DNA from: Infirmifilum sp.
GTDB lineage: Archaea > Thermoproteota > Thermoprotei > Thermofilales > Thermofilaceae
Assembly (NCBI GenBank): GCA_041287245.1
Contig: JBEULP010000117.1
Location: 186,170-250,169, forward strand
Length of the DNA: 64,000 nucleotides
Direction: 5' to 3'
A program made the position numbers and the translations under genes. Below the pieces are notes generated by a model, which did not search any database, had not been told where the DNA came from, and saw nothing but the letters and a program-made list of their open reading frames with translations. Shown piece by piece: positions 18,461 to 27,707 of this stretch. Every line of letters starts with the position of its first letter. Within the stretch, counting starts at the first letter, position 1.

Positions 18461-18802
18461 TTACTCTACGGTCAGGGCTAAGCTACGGCCCTCCCTTAAG
18501 ATCTTCAGGAGAACGCTGTGTAGGAGCTTGCAGGCTTCTCGAAGCTCAGGATACCTAAGCTTGTAGTATACCCTATTGCCTCTTCTCTCCGAGGCAATTA
18601 TGCCCAGCTGCAGCATATACCCGAGGTGTCTTGAGACTACCGGTTGCGGCTCGCCGGTGAGCCTCACGAGTTCTGAGACGCTTAGCTCCTGCTTCTCAAG
18701 AAGCTCCAGCAGTCGAAGCCTTAGAGGGTGGCTCATAAACTTGCATAGCCTGGCCTGCATCTCGAAGAGCTTCTCGTCTGGGATCTTGTTTTCTTCAGGC
18801 AT
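18461..18802 (-). CDS. ArsR/SmtB family transcriptional regulator
   Basis: SHPLRLRLL, ELSVSEL, QPVVSRHL, RRGNRVYYKL. Confidence 0.9.
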   Translation of the reverse strand: MPEENKIPDEKLFEMQARLCKFMSHPLRLRLLELLEKQELSVSELVRLTGEPQPVVSRHLGYMLQLGIIASERRGNRVYYKLRYPELREACKLLHSVLLKILREGRSLALTVE

Positions 18803-18905
18803 ATCTTACTCTATATAAATAAGAGAATATATACGTTAAAAACATTATTGTTCAACAGCTACAAGTCTTAGTCCGGCATTCCAGGCTTCTAACACCGGAG
18901 GTTTT

Positions 18906-19286
18906 TCAGCCTACCAGTTGGATTTTCTGCGGAGAGGTTCTGTGGAGGTTGATGTTGATTTTAACCTCGGATGGACCGGGTGAAACTATTCGCGGTAGCT
19001 TTATAAGGTAAAAATTAACCTCGGCTCGCTGCCCAGGTTCCAGCATTACTTTCAAGCTGGGCTGGTATACGCGGGAGCTTATATAGAATGTTTTTCCGTT
19101 CGCCTCTACCTTTAGAACACCTGCTGGCAGCTTCCAATCCGCTCTCCCAACCTTTAGCTCCAGTACAGCTGGGTCTTTTTCCCGGTTTTCAACCTCGATG
19201 CTGGCTTTATCCCATATTGGTAAAAGTATTTCCTGCCCTTCTATGTCTAGCCATACAATCACTTGTGGGTTTTCCATACATATCAC
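18906..19286 (-). CDS. Hypothetical protein
   Basis: 126-aa ORF with beta-rich composition; no motif recognised. Confidence 0.55.
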   Translation of the reverse strand: MICMENPQVIVWLDIEGQEILLPIWDKASIEVENREKDPAVLELKVGRADWKLPAGVLKVEANGKTFYISSRVYQPSLKVMLEPGQRAEVNFYLIKLPRIVSPGPSEVKININLHRTSPQKIQLVG

Positions 19287-19379
19287 CGCGGTGGGAAACC
19301 CCGGCCAGGTTTAAATAGAATTTAGTTCAAACACTCGCTGCGGGTTGGCTAGACTGGGAAGCCACTCCGAGAAGTGCCC

Positions 19380-19537
19380 ACTCATAACACCCCGAACAAA
19401 GCCATAGCACCGAGCCCGCGTTGAGCGGGGTAGGGGTAACGCGTTCAAGACCAGAAGGCTGAGCCAAGTTAAGGCTGGGGATACAGCCCCAATCCTCCCG
19501 CAAAAACCCTCGCCCCTCAGGGCGGGGAGGGGGTCAG
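19380..19537 (+). mobile_element. IS200/IS605-family remnant: tnpB 3' end/omegaRNA and right-end hairpin, no transposase or nuclease ORF
   Basis: Ends AAACCCTCGCCCCTCAGGGCGGGGAGGGGGTCAG (hairpin 19508-19528), typical of archaeal tnpB right ends; upstream CCGAGCCC...TAGGGGTAAC...AAGACC also fits. Confidence 0.7.
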
Positions 19538-19860
19538 CAGTGGAATTACCCTATACTATTCTCATATAGCTCGAATTGGGGGCTCTCCTGCGTATCGCAG
19601 TAACAGGAAAGCCGTATCTTTAGTCAACATGCATATCCTTTCCGGTTTGCAGGCAATTTAGACGACTTTGTCTGAGTTGAGGAATTAGCCTGGCGCTGCC
19701 TTAAAGCAGCTGCTTATTTGCGCGGGTCGTCACGTCTGGCGTGTTGCGGTGAATATGAGAATTCATGCGTCTCTAGGCGTGGGTTTCCGTACTAAAGGCT
19801 GGTCTTCAATGATTGCGTCTTAGAAAGAAGTGGGGTCGATCAAAAATTTTTAATTTTAGG

Positions 19861-20310
19861 TTAGGTTGAGAAGGATACCTTAACTCCAAAGAAGTCTTTA
19901 ACGTGCGGCTTGAAGAAGTAGTATAGTATCAGGGCGTCTATGAGCAGTGTTAGAAGCGAGAATATGTCTCCCAGAGCTATGCCAAGCAGAGCGTTCACTG
20001 CTTGGAGAGCCGTTAAGATAACCTGGACCCACCACGCCCAGGCCCTGCCCGTGTACAAGCCCCAACTCACTAATAGTGTAATGCCTCCAAACACAAGTAA
20101 GAAGAACCCGAGAATGCCTGCGATGAGCGTAAGCATGGGGGTTAAGTGACCTGCCTCTTCTAGGTAGGTTCGAACTAGAGGACCTAGCGCGATGAAAACT
20201 AACCCCAACAGTAAAAGTAATGCACCTCCCAAGAAGCCTAGAATCGCGAGAACCGTAACTCCTAACGGTCGTTGCTTGGGCGGGGGAGGTGAGGGCAGTT
20301 GTGTCTCCAT
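19861..20310 (-). CDS. Four-TM membrane protein
   Basis: Pro-rich N-terminus, RPLGVTVLAIL, GLYTGRAWAW, YFFKPHVKDFF. Confidence 0.8.
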   Translation of the reverse strand: METQLPSPPPPKQRPLGVTVLAILGFLGGALLLLLGLVFIALGPLVRTYLEEAGHLTPMLTLIAGILGFFLLVFGGITLLVSWGLYTGRAWAWWVQVILTALQAVNALLGIALGDIFSLLTLLIDALILYYFFKPHVKDFFGVKVSFST

Positions 20311-20372
20311 ATCTATCAAGTTAACACAGTTTAAAAAACATAAAAAGTTTTCGGTAAGAAAAATGATAATTT

Positions 20373-21641
20373 TTAAATCCAGCCTCTCAGCTTCATAGCA
20401 TTGTATACTCGTTCAACAGCCAAGACGAACGCGGCGTCGCGCATCGTAACCCTCGTGTTCGGTCTCTCAGCCTTCAGCTTCTCCCAACGGTCTGCGGTGC
20501 GGTTGAAGTTTCTCTCCATTATCATGGCAAGTTTCTGCCTCGTCTCCTCCTCGTCCCAGAACCACCACTGGAGGTTCTCTACCCACTCCAGGTAAGACAT
20601 TATTACGCCGCCGGCATTTGCGAGGATATCTGGAACAGCCGCGATGAAGTCTTTTCTCGAGTAGAGTATCTTTTCAGCCTCTAGGGTTGTTGGGCCGTTG
20701 GCCGCCTCAGTTATTAGCCTAGCCTTGACCTTGTGGGCGTTGTTTTCGGTGATTGTGTTTTCAATAGCAGCTGGGATTAGAATGTCTGCGTCTACGAATA
20801 GGGATGCTTCGGCATCGCTTATCTTATTGCCTTTGGGATAGTTTATCACCTTGCCTGTCTCGTTCTTTACTCTTATTGCAAGCTCCGGGTCTATACCATT
20901 AGGATCATATACCGTTCCAGAGGTGTCGCTAACTGCTACTACTTTAGCTCCAAGGCGGGTGGCCCATAGAGCAGCGTATTGCCCAACGTTTCCAAAGCCG
21001 TGTATGGTGATTGTTTTACCCTCGAAGCCGCCCATCCACCGGTCAGCGGCGGCCTTCGCTGCGATCACCGTGCCATAACCCGTCGAGTAAAGTCGAACGG
21101 GGTTGCCCCACAGCTCCGGGGGTTTTGCCGTGAAAACAGCGGGAACATTATAGCCTTTTAGCTTGCTGTACTCGTCGACCATCCAAGCCATTATCTGTGG
21201 GTTTGTGTTAATGTCGGGGGCAGGTATGTCTTGCTCGGGACCAATGATAGTAGCGATAGCCCTAGCGTACCCTCGGCTTAGCTGCTCAAGTTCGCGTGCG
21301 CTCATCTTTTTAGGATCACATCGGACTGCGCCCTTTCCACCACCGTAGGGTATACCGGCTAGGGAGTTCTTTAGGGTCATTCCCATGGCTAGCGCCATGT
21401 CAGTTTCCAGGGTGACCTCGGGGTGAAATCTAATGCCACCCTTGTATGGTCCCAAAGCGTTGTTGTGCTGTACCCTATAACCCTCGTATACGACAAGCTT
21501 CCCGTTGTCCATTCTTACAGGGATCTTCACCATTAAAACCCTGTCGGGCTTGCTTAGGTATTCGTAAACCTCCTGTGGGAGTCCAGCTAGTTCAATCGAC
21601 TCTTTAAGCACTTTTAACATCCAGTCAAGATATGAAGACAT
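20373..21641 (-). CDS. gdhA: Glutamate dehydrogenase (Glu/Leu/Phe/Val dehydrogenase family)
   Basis: [46 protein letters not shown]. Confidence 0.93.
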   Translation of the reverse strand: MSSYLDWMLKVLKESIELAGLPQEVYEYLSKPDRVLMVKIPVRMDNGKLVVYEGYRVQHNNALGPYKGGIRFHPEVTLETDMALAMGMTLKNSLAGIPYGGGKGAVRCDPKKMSARELEQLSRGYARAIATIIGPEQDIPAPDINTNPQIMAWMVDEYSKLKGYNVPAVFTAKPPELWGNPVRLYSTGYGTVIAAKAAADRWMGGFEGKTITIHGFGNVGQYAALWATRLGAKVVAVSDTSGTVYDPNGIDPELAIRVKNETGKVINYPKGNKISDAEASLFVDADILIPAAIENTITENNAHKVKARLITEAANGPTTLEAEKILYSRKDFIAAVPDILANAGGVIMSYLEWVENLQWWFWDEEETRQKLAMIMERNFNRTADRWEKLKAERPNTRVTMRDAAFVLAVERVYNAMKLRGWI

Positions 21642-21816
21642 TTTAGGTCAAGTTTTACATAAGGCAAGTTATATTTATATTTTTCTAATAAAAGCCTTAA
21701 AAACGAAAGCCTGATCGAATAGCAGATCATGATGTAATAGCTTATAGGAGGACTTTTTTAATAAAAGTGGTTTAGAGGATAAATATTTAAAAATAAGAGA
21801 AGCCTCCAGTTTAAGT

Positions 21817-22167
21817 ATGGAGATATTCGAAACAGTAATCCTAGCTGGAGTTGCTATAGCACTGAGTATTATGATCGCGTACTTCGTATCCGGTATCGTC
21901 TTTAATCAGACTCAGCTTGAACTACTAAGCATATCCTACTCACTTCAAGGGAACCGCACGCTCACCATATACTTGAAAAACCAGGGCACCAAGCCTACAA
22001 GTGTTATATTAGTTAAAGTCGGCGAGAAAGCTTATCCTCAAAATCTCTATATTCAACCCGGTGCTACAGCCACGTTGACGCTTCCACTGGAGGACGAGAA
22101 ACCCCTTTATGATGTAAGGGTTGTCACGTCCTCGGGAGTTGAGTACCCCCTTTTGGTAAAAGCTTAG
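21817..22167 (+). CDS. Archaeal type IV pilin-like protein
   Basis: Hydrophobic N-terminal helix ETVILAGVAIALSIMIAYF; YLKNQG and VRVVTSSG C-terminal motifs typical of archaeal pilins. Confidence 0.6.
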   Translation: MEIFETVILAGVAIALSIMIAYFVSGIVFNQTQLELLSISYSLQGNRTLTIYLKNQGTKPTSVILVKVGEKAYPQNLYIQPGATATLTLPLEDEKPLYDVRVVTSSGVEYPLLVKA

Positions 22168-22219
22168 TTTTATGCATTGTTTAACAAAACATTTATGCTT
22201 CTTCACGTGAAACATTACG

Positions 22220-23167
22220 ATGGAATACACTTTCCTCGGGAATACAGGGGAGAAGATTTCGAGAATAGGGCTAGGCGCATGGCAGTTTAGCGAAAGCTGG
22301 GGCGTGACGGAGTACGAGGCTGCTAAGAGGGTCATCCAGGAAGCTGCGGTTCTGGGAATAAACCTTATCGATACAGCTGAGGTTTACGGCAGAGGAATGA
22401 GCGAGCAGTTTATAGGAAAAGCCCTTAAGGAACTCGGCTTAAAAGGGCAGTTCCTGATTGCCACGAAGATACCCGGTGATTTTCTCGCGGAGCACGACGT
22501 TTACCGTGCTGTTGAAAAGAGCCTTAGCAGGCTACAGGTAGATACGATTGACCTGATGCAGGTTCACTGGCCCCCATGTTGGCATAATATTCCAACCTGC
22601 GAGTATATGAGAGCATTGGAGAAACTGGTACACCTCGGCAAGATCAGGTATATTGGGCTCAGCAACTTCCCGCCAATTTTAGTGGAGGAGGCTAGGTCGT
22701 GCCTCTCAACGGAGGATGTTGTTTCCCTGCAAGTAAGGTATAATCTTGTTGAGAGGGATGCTGAGAAGGAGATCATCCCATACGCTGAGAGTGAAGGTCT
22801 CACAGTTTTAGCATGGAGCCCGTTAGCTAAAGGCGCGGTCTCTGGAAAATATACGCCTGATAACCTGCCAAAATTCGAGGATGTAAGAAGCGGGGAGGCT
22901 GTTTTTCACCCTGAGAATTTTGCACAGGTGTACAAGGTTGTGCAGGTTCTGGAGGAGATAGGCAAGAAGTACAACAAGACACCTGTACAAGTAGCTTTAA
23001 ACTGGCTAGTTATGTCAAGCCCTACCGTTGTTCCAATACCCGGTGCTAAGAGTCAGGATCAGGTTACGAGCAATGCCGGCGGTGTGGGCTGGAGGATGGG
23101 GTTTGAAGACTGGTTGAAGATTGAAGAGGCTAGTAGAGGCGTTAAAATAACTAGAGTTCTCTGGTAA
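22220..23167 (+). CDS. Aldo/keto reductase
   Basis: IGLGAWQ, DTAEVYG, ATK, DLMQVHWP, IGLSNF, WSPLAKG, PIPGAK. Confidence 0.93.
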   Translation: MEYTFLGNTGEKISRIGLGAWQFSESWGVTEYEAAKRVIQEAAVLGINLIDTAEVYGRGMSEQFIGKALKELGLKGQFLIATKIPGDFLAEHDVYRAVEKSLSRLQVDTIDLMQVHWPPCWHNIPTCEYMRALEKLVHLGKIRYIGLSNFPPILVEEARSCLSTEDVVSLQVRYNLVERDAEKEIIPYAESEGLTVLAWSPLAKGAVSGKYTPDNLPKFEDVRSGEAVFHPENFAQVYKVVQVLEEIGKKYNKTPVQVALNWLVMSSPTVVPIPGAKSQDQVTSNAGGVGWRMGFEDWLKIEEASRGVKITRVLW

Positions 23168-23210
23168 CCAAACATTAAACATATTTATTTGTCATATATA
23201 TTCTAACTCG

Positions 23211-23525
23211 ATGAGCGAGAACATTGAAGTTGAAATTATTAGACCAGTAAACCCAGCAGGCGTCAGCTTCATAAAGTATCTTTGGGGCGCTATTGGTGCG
23301 AGAAACCGGACAGTGCTGCAAGAATATAGGAGAGAACTAACCCGGCTTATTCAGAGACTAGGTTTCATGCTCGAGGAAAAGATTGGAACCAACAAGCTAA
23401 TAACTGGTAAAATAGTTCTGGACCTTCAAAACGGAAAGCCCGTGAAAATAACTGCAAAGGAGCTAAGAATTTGGCAAGAGACTGGCAGCTTTCCTGATGC
23501 GATAACAGCTGAGCTTAAAGAGTAG
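23211..23525 (+). CDS. ThermoDBP-like (DUF2258-related) putative ssDNA-binding protein
   Basis: Pattern FIKYLWGAIG...YRRELTRLI...ITGKIVLDLQNGK resembles Thermoproteus ThermoDBP as recalled, not aligned. Confidence 0.5.
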   Translation: MSENIEVEIIRPVNPAGVSFIKYLWGAIGARNRTVLQEYRRELTRLIQRLGFMLEEKIGTNKLITGKIVLDLQNGKPVKITAKELRIWQETGSFPDAITAELKE

Positions 23526-23608
23526 AATCAAAACTTTTTCATTTATGATATTTTTTCTTAAATATTTTCTTAGCAAAACCTATAAGCAATCAGAATATCT
23601 CTTCACGT

Positions 23609-24949
23609 ATGACCGAGCTTAAACGCGAACTTGGTCTAGGCTACGCTACGCTCTTCGGGATCGGGCTAATCCTTGGCGCTGGGATTTACGTTTTGGTGGG
23701 ACGCGCTGCTGGGCTTGTAGGAGACGCTGTATGGATGAGCGTTGCGTTTTCAGGTATAATCGCTCTTGCTACAGCTTTCTCATATGCTGAGCTTTCTTCC
23801 ATGTTTCCAACAGCAGCAAGCACACATACATACATTGAAAAAGCTTTCCCGAATCTACGCATACTCGCCTTTGTCTCGGCTTGGCTCATATTCTTCGGCG
23901 GCGTGGCGGGCGCTGCCACTGCAAGCTTGGGTTTTGCAGGTTATTTTGTAAGTATAGCAGGGCTGGGAAGCGAGTATATTGTGCCTGTAACAATCATATT
24001 GCTCATACTTCTCACAATTCTGAATTGGTGGGGAATTAAGGAGAGCGCGGGGCTTTCAGCAGTCTTCACGATAATCGAGGCTTCAGGGCTTATATTTGTC
24101 GCGGCACTCGGCTTCTTATTTCCGGTGAGGCAACCTAACTATTTATCCTTTAACCCCAGTGTTAACCCGATTCTAGCCGTGATGGTTGGGGCATCTATCT
24201 TTTACTTCGCATATACTGGCTTCGAGTACCAACCAACCCTTAGTGAAGAGACTAAGAACCCTGAGAAAATCGTGCCCAAAGCTATTGTTCTGGCTATAGC
24301 TGTCACAACAATAATCTACCTGCTCGTAGCGATGGCTATCGTCCGGCTTATGAGATGGGATGAGCTAGCCCACAGTAAGGCACCAATGGCTGAAGCAGCA
24401 TCTCGTGTATGGCCGGCATCCTATGCCTTGCTCTCAGGCATAGCCTTATTTGCCACAACTAATACTGTACTCGGATTTCTGGTTTCAGCGTCGAGGCTCG
24501 CCTTTGGGTTAGCCGAAGAGGGTGTTGTCTCGAGCTCGTTTATCAAGCTTGACAGTTGGCGTAAGACGCCATACTTTTCAGTGGTTTTTACTGGCGTCTT
24601 ATCTATTGTTCTTGTACTCCTAACAGATTATCTGCCACAGGTGACAGGCTGGAAGCTAACATTCGGTGGATACCAATACGAATTGATTGACCTTGTAGGC
24701 AAGACTGCCAGTTTATCTGTTCTGCTTGCCTTTATATTAGTGAACATGTCAGTCGTGTATTTAAGGATCAAAGAGCCTCAGAAAAAGAGGCACTTTAGCG
24801 TTCCCCTATCCATAAATAATATACCAGTCCTGCCAATATTAGCAGACGTCCTAATAATCACATTTATAGCTATCAGCTTTAACGATTGGATTGTTTGGCT
24901 CAGTACAATTCTTGTCTCGCTGTTAGGGCTCTTATTATATAAAAAATAA
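23609..24949 (+). CDS. APC family amino acid permease
   Basis: LKRELG, GAGIY, SYAELSS, FAYTGFE, EETKNP; about 12 TM helices. Confidence 0.92.
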   Translation: MTELKRELGLGYATLFGIGLILGAGIYVLVGRAAGLVGDAVWMSVAFSGIIALATAFSYAELSSMFPTAASTHTYIEKAFPNLRILAFVSAWLIFFGGVAGAATASLGFAGYFVSIAGLGSEYIVPVTIILLILLTILNWWGIKESAGLSAVFTIIEASGLIFVAALGFLFPVRQPNYLSFNPSVNPILAVMVGASIFYFAYTGFEYQPTLSEETKNPEKIVPKAIVLAIAVTTIIYLLVAMAIVRLMRWDELAHSKAPMAEAASRVWPASYALLSGIALFATTNTVLGFLVSASRLAFGLAEEGVVSSSFIKLDSWRKTPYFSVVFTGVLSIVLVLLTDYLPQVTGWKLTFGGYQYELIDLVGKTASLSVLLAFILVNMSVVYLRIKEPQKKRHFSVPLSINNIPVLPILADVLIITFIAISFNDWIVWLSTILVSLLGLLLYKK

Positions 24950-25001
24950 CGGGACTTTTTTCAAAGAAAAACGATAAATAGCCTTAGCATGTAACAGGTG
25001 T

Positions 25002-25050
25002 GTGATGAGGGTTTCTGGTTCTGAGGGATGAGGAGAGCTTGATTGTCTGA
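25002..25050 (+). ncRNA. C/D box methylation guide sRNA
   Basis: C box GTGATGA 25002-25008, D' CTGA 25021-25024, C' GGATGA, D CTGA 25047-25050; 12-15 nt spacers; intergenic. Confidence 0.8.
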
Positions 25051-25108
25051 GTTCCTTCCCCCTCGGAAAGTTTTTATCATTGCAAGGCTAGGAAAGTGCA
25101 GTCGGTTT

Positions 25109-25459
25109 ATGGCTGAACAACTCGAGAAGGTTAAGAAAGAGGTAGAGATATTCCTCAAAACTAACAAGCAATACCTTGGCGTTATAATAAAGGATGGTAG
25201 CAACGTTATTGTCATGGGAGACATAAAGAGGGAGCTATTAGAGATACTAGTGGATATTACTAGTTTTATAGCCTCTACTTTTAAGCAACTGAACGTAGGT
25301 TCCCCTAGATATTTTGTGGCTGAGAGCGATAAGGGTGGTGTTGGTTATGGCAAATATGGCTTCGACAAGGTTCTCATAGTTTACTATAGAAATACTCCTC
25401 TCGGAACAGTTATGTATGACCTTAAGAATTTAGCTCAAAAGCTTGCCAATTTAACATAG
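25109..25459 (+). CDS. Roadblock/LC7-like domain protein
   Basis: Start moved to ATG 25109; helix-strands-helix pattern ending PLGTVMYDLKNLAQKL. Confidence 0.6.
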   Translation: MAEQLEKVKKEVEIFLKTNKQYLGVIIKDGSNVIVMGDIKRELLEILVDITSFIASTFKQLNVGSPRYFVAESDKGGVGYGKYGFDKVLIVYYRNTPLGTVMYDLKNLAQKLANLT

Positions 25460-25463
25460 GGGG

Positions 25464-25985
25464 TTGCAGTTGAGGGTTATTGGGATAGCCTGCCTAGGCA
25501 CTGAGCCCCCTGATTATCTCGTAGAAAAAGCCGTTAGCTTCGTGCGAGAGCTAAAGAACCTGTGTAAAGAAGAGGTATTTCTAGCCCTTGGCGGCTACTG
25601 GGGCTTGATGAAGAGGGTGGTTGACGAGGCCATCGCCGCTGGTTTTCGCGTTGTTCTTTTTCCCCCTCTTGAGCGGGAAAGCGAGATTTTTCCGGATCAG
25701 GCGTTAGTTGTGAAGACAGGAATGGGATACCGGCTTAGAAGCGTTATCTTCGTGAGGACCGTTGATGTACTCGTGGCGCTTGGGGGTGAGGCAGGCACTA
25801 TTCAGGAGGTAATTACAGCTTACCTTGAGGGTAAGCCCGTGCTTGTTCTAGGCGAAACGGGTTTCGCCTCCGATAAGCTGAAGATATTCGCGCCCTACGT
25901 GGATTCACGGAAAACCGTAGGGGTAAAAATAGTATCTGAGCCGAAAAAGCTAGCTGTTGAAGCCTGCGGGCTGGCTAACCGTTAA
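25464..25985 (+). CDS. LOG/SLOG family nucleotide-binding protein
   Basis: GGYWGLM, TGMGYRLRS, GGEAGTIQE. Confidence 0.85.
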   Translation: MQLRVIGIACLGTEPPDYLVEKAVSFVRELKNLCKEEVFLALGGYWGLMKRVVDEAIAAGFRVVLFPPLERESEIFPDQALVVKTGMGYRLRSVIFVRTVDVLVALGGEAGTIQEVITAYLEGKPVLVLGETGFASDKLKIFAPYVDSRKTVGVKIVSEPKKLAVEACGLANR

Positions 25986-26628
25986 ATGCCCTGTCTCCAG
26001 CGTCGCCAAGCCCTGGTATGATGAAAGCTTTTGAGTTGAGTTCAGGGTCTATTGCAAAAGTATACAAGGAGGCGTGTGGAGCCACCTCGAACAATCGTTT
26101 TATGCCAACTTGCGTCGAAATCAATGTTGCGACGATTAGATGTTGTGGTCTGGCAGTCTCCAAGACGCGACTAACGACTCTTTTCATAGTTGACCCTGTA
26201 GCCAGCATGGGGTCGACAATTACAGCTATTTGAAAGTCTTCGGGTAGAGACGCGTAATTAACATCAACGTCTAGGTCGAGGTTTAAGGAAGATCCTTCTT
26301 TAACTTCTCTCCTTTTAGCAGATATGAATCCTACGGCGGCATTCTCGTAGATTTCAAGCAACCCCCAAACCATCGGTAGGGCCGCCCTTAAAACTGCGAT
26401 TATTGCTAGCTTGGTGAATTCAAAGGCTTTAGCCTCAGCCTCGAGGGGTGTCTTAACAACACGTTCTTCAAGCGGTACCTCTGTGCTTATCTCTACAGCT
26501 GTAATAAACCCTGCTTTCTGTAGAAGTCTCCGAAACTCGGGGGTTGGAGTGTTTTTATCGCGAAGCTTAGAGAGCAATACCCTAGCTGCTGGGTTATCAA
26601 TTACCCTTATGCTACCCGTTGAAACCAC
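25975..26628 (-). CDS. upp: Uracil phosphoribosyltransferase
   Basis: LRDKNT..EFR, VLRAA, VDPMLATGST, IIPGLGDAGDR. Confidence 0.95.
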   Translation of the reverse strand: MVSTGSIRVIDNPAARVLLSKLRDKNTPTPEFRRLLQKAGFITAVEISTEVPLEERVVKTPLEAEAKAFEFTKLAIIAVLRAALPMVWGLLEIYENAAVGFISAKRREVKEGSSLNLDLDVDVNYASLPEDFQIAVIVDPMLATGSTMKRVVSRVLETARPQHLIVATLISTQVGIKRLFEVAPHASLYTFAIDPELNSKAFIIPGLGDAGDRAFNG

Positions 26629-26742
26629 TTGAGTGAACGGTGTTATACTAGAAAAAGCTATCGTCTGTGTTCGAAAAAGGCTTCAGGTAGAGCTTACGAT
26701 GAAAAACCTAAGGTTTATATCTGGTAACTAGATTCTACTCGC

Positions 26743-27636
26743 GTGAAGGTAGCTCCCGAATGCATACCTTGCATCTTTAACGTTCGTGCGAAGGAGATTT
26801 TAAACTCTAACCTTAGCGATACTGAGAAAATTGAAGCATTCAAGGTTTTCCTAGAATACTACGCTACAAAAGTCTCTCCTGAAACCACTACCACCCTTTT
26901 AAGCTGGCAGGCTTTCAGAAAGGTGAAGGAGATACTCCGAGAGCAAGATCCCTACGCCTCTTTTAAAAAAGCCTCTCATGAAGCTGCGTTGAAAATAGCG
27001 AGTTTTTTAGAGAGGGAGGTTGAGGGGAAATTAGGTTTCGCCCGTTTTCATTTTATAGTAAAGGCGAGCTTAGCGGCTAACTACATCGATCCTGGAACTC
27101 CTATTGGAGTCGGCCCGGAACATCTAAGCGAGAAAATTAACAGTTTGAAGCTAGGGGTGGACGAGACTGAAAAGCTTTACATGAAGCTTTTGCAGAGCGG
27201 GAAAGTTGCATTCGTGCTAGATAACTGCGGGGAAGCTGTTATAGATCGGATCCTTGCTGAAGAGTTGAATCGTATGGGCATTGAAGTTAGGCTTATCGTT
27301 AAAGGAGATCCTTATCAGAATGATATTACATACAAGGAGGCTATTGAGTACGAGTTTAACAAGGTTGGCGAGGTTGTAAGCACTGGGAGTGATTTCCCAG
27401 GCGTCGTACCAGGTTATGTCTCGCAGGAAGCTGTCGACACTTTAAACTGGGCTGATATTGTTATAGCTAAAGGCATGGCAAACTACGAGGCTTTCCGCAT
27501 GAAGCTTCCCGAAAAACCAGTCTTCATTATGCTTGTAGCGAAGTGCGACGTTATTGCTAGATCCGTTGGTGTCAGCAAGGGGGAAGCAGCAGCCTTCTTC
27601 CTACAAGGCTCTCCTAGCTTGTCGAAACTCCTCTAG
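26743..27636 (+). CDS. ARMT1-like/DUF89 damage-control phosphatase
   Basis: ECIPC, DPY, DNCGE, ND, KGMANYE, AKC motifs. Confidence 0.88.
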   Translation: MKVAPECIPCIFNVRAKEILNSNLSDTEKIEAFKVFLEYYATKVSPETTTTLLSWQAFRKVKEILREQDPYASFKKASHEAALKIASFLEREVEGKLGFARFHFIVKASLAANYIDPGTPIGVGPEHLSEKINSLKLGVDETEKLYMKLLQSGKVAFVLDNCGEAVIDRILAEELNRMGIEVRLIVKGDPYQNDITYKEAIEYEFNKVGEVVSTGSDFPGVVPGYVSQEAVDTLNWADIVIAKGMANYEAFRMKLPEKPVFIMLVAKCDVIARSVGVSKGEAAAFFLQGSPSLSKLL

Positions 27637-27707
27637 CCCTCCAAGATCGCTAAATATTTGTTTGTGAATGATGTCTTATCAGATGCATCCAAAAGCGTCG
27701 GGATAAA

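Noticed and set aside
18300-18566. ORFs 18300-18566 and 18331-18558
   Set aside because: Products of low-complexity G/T sequence overlapping arsR on the opposite strand
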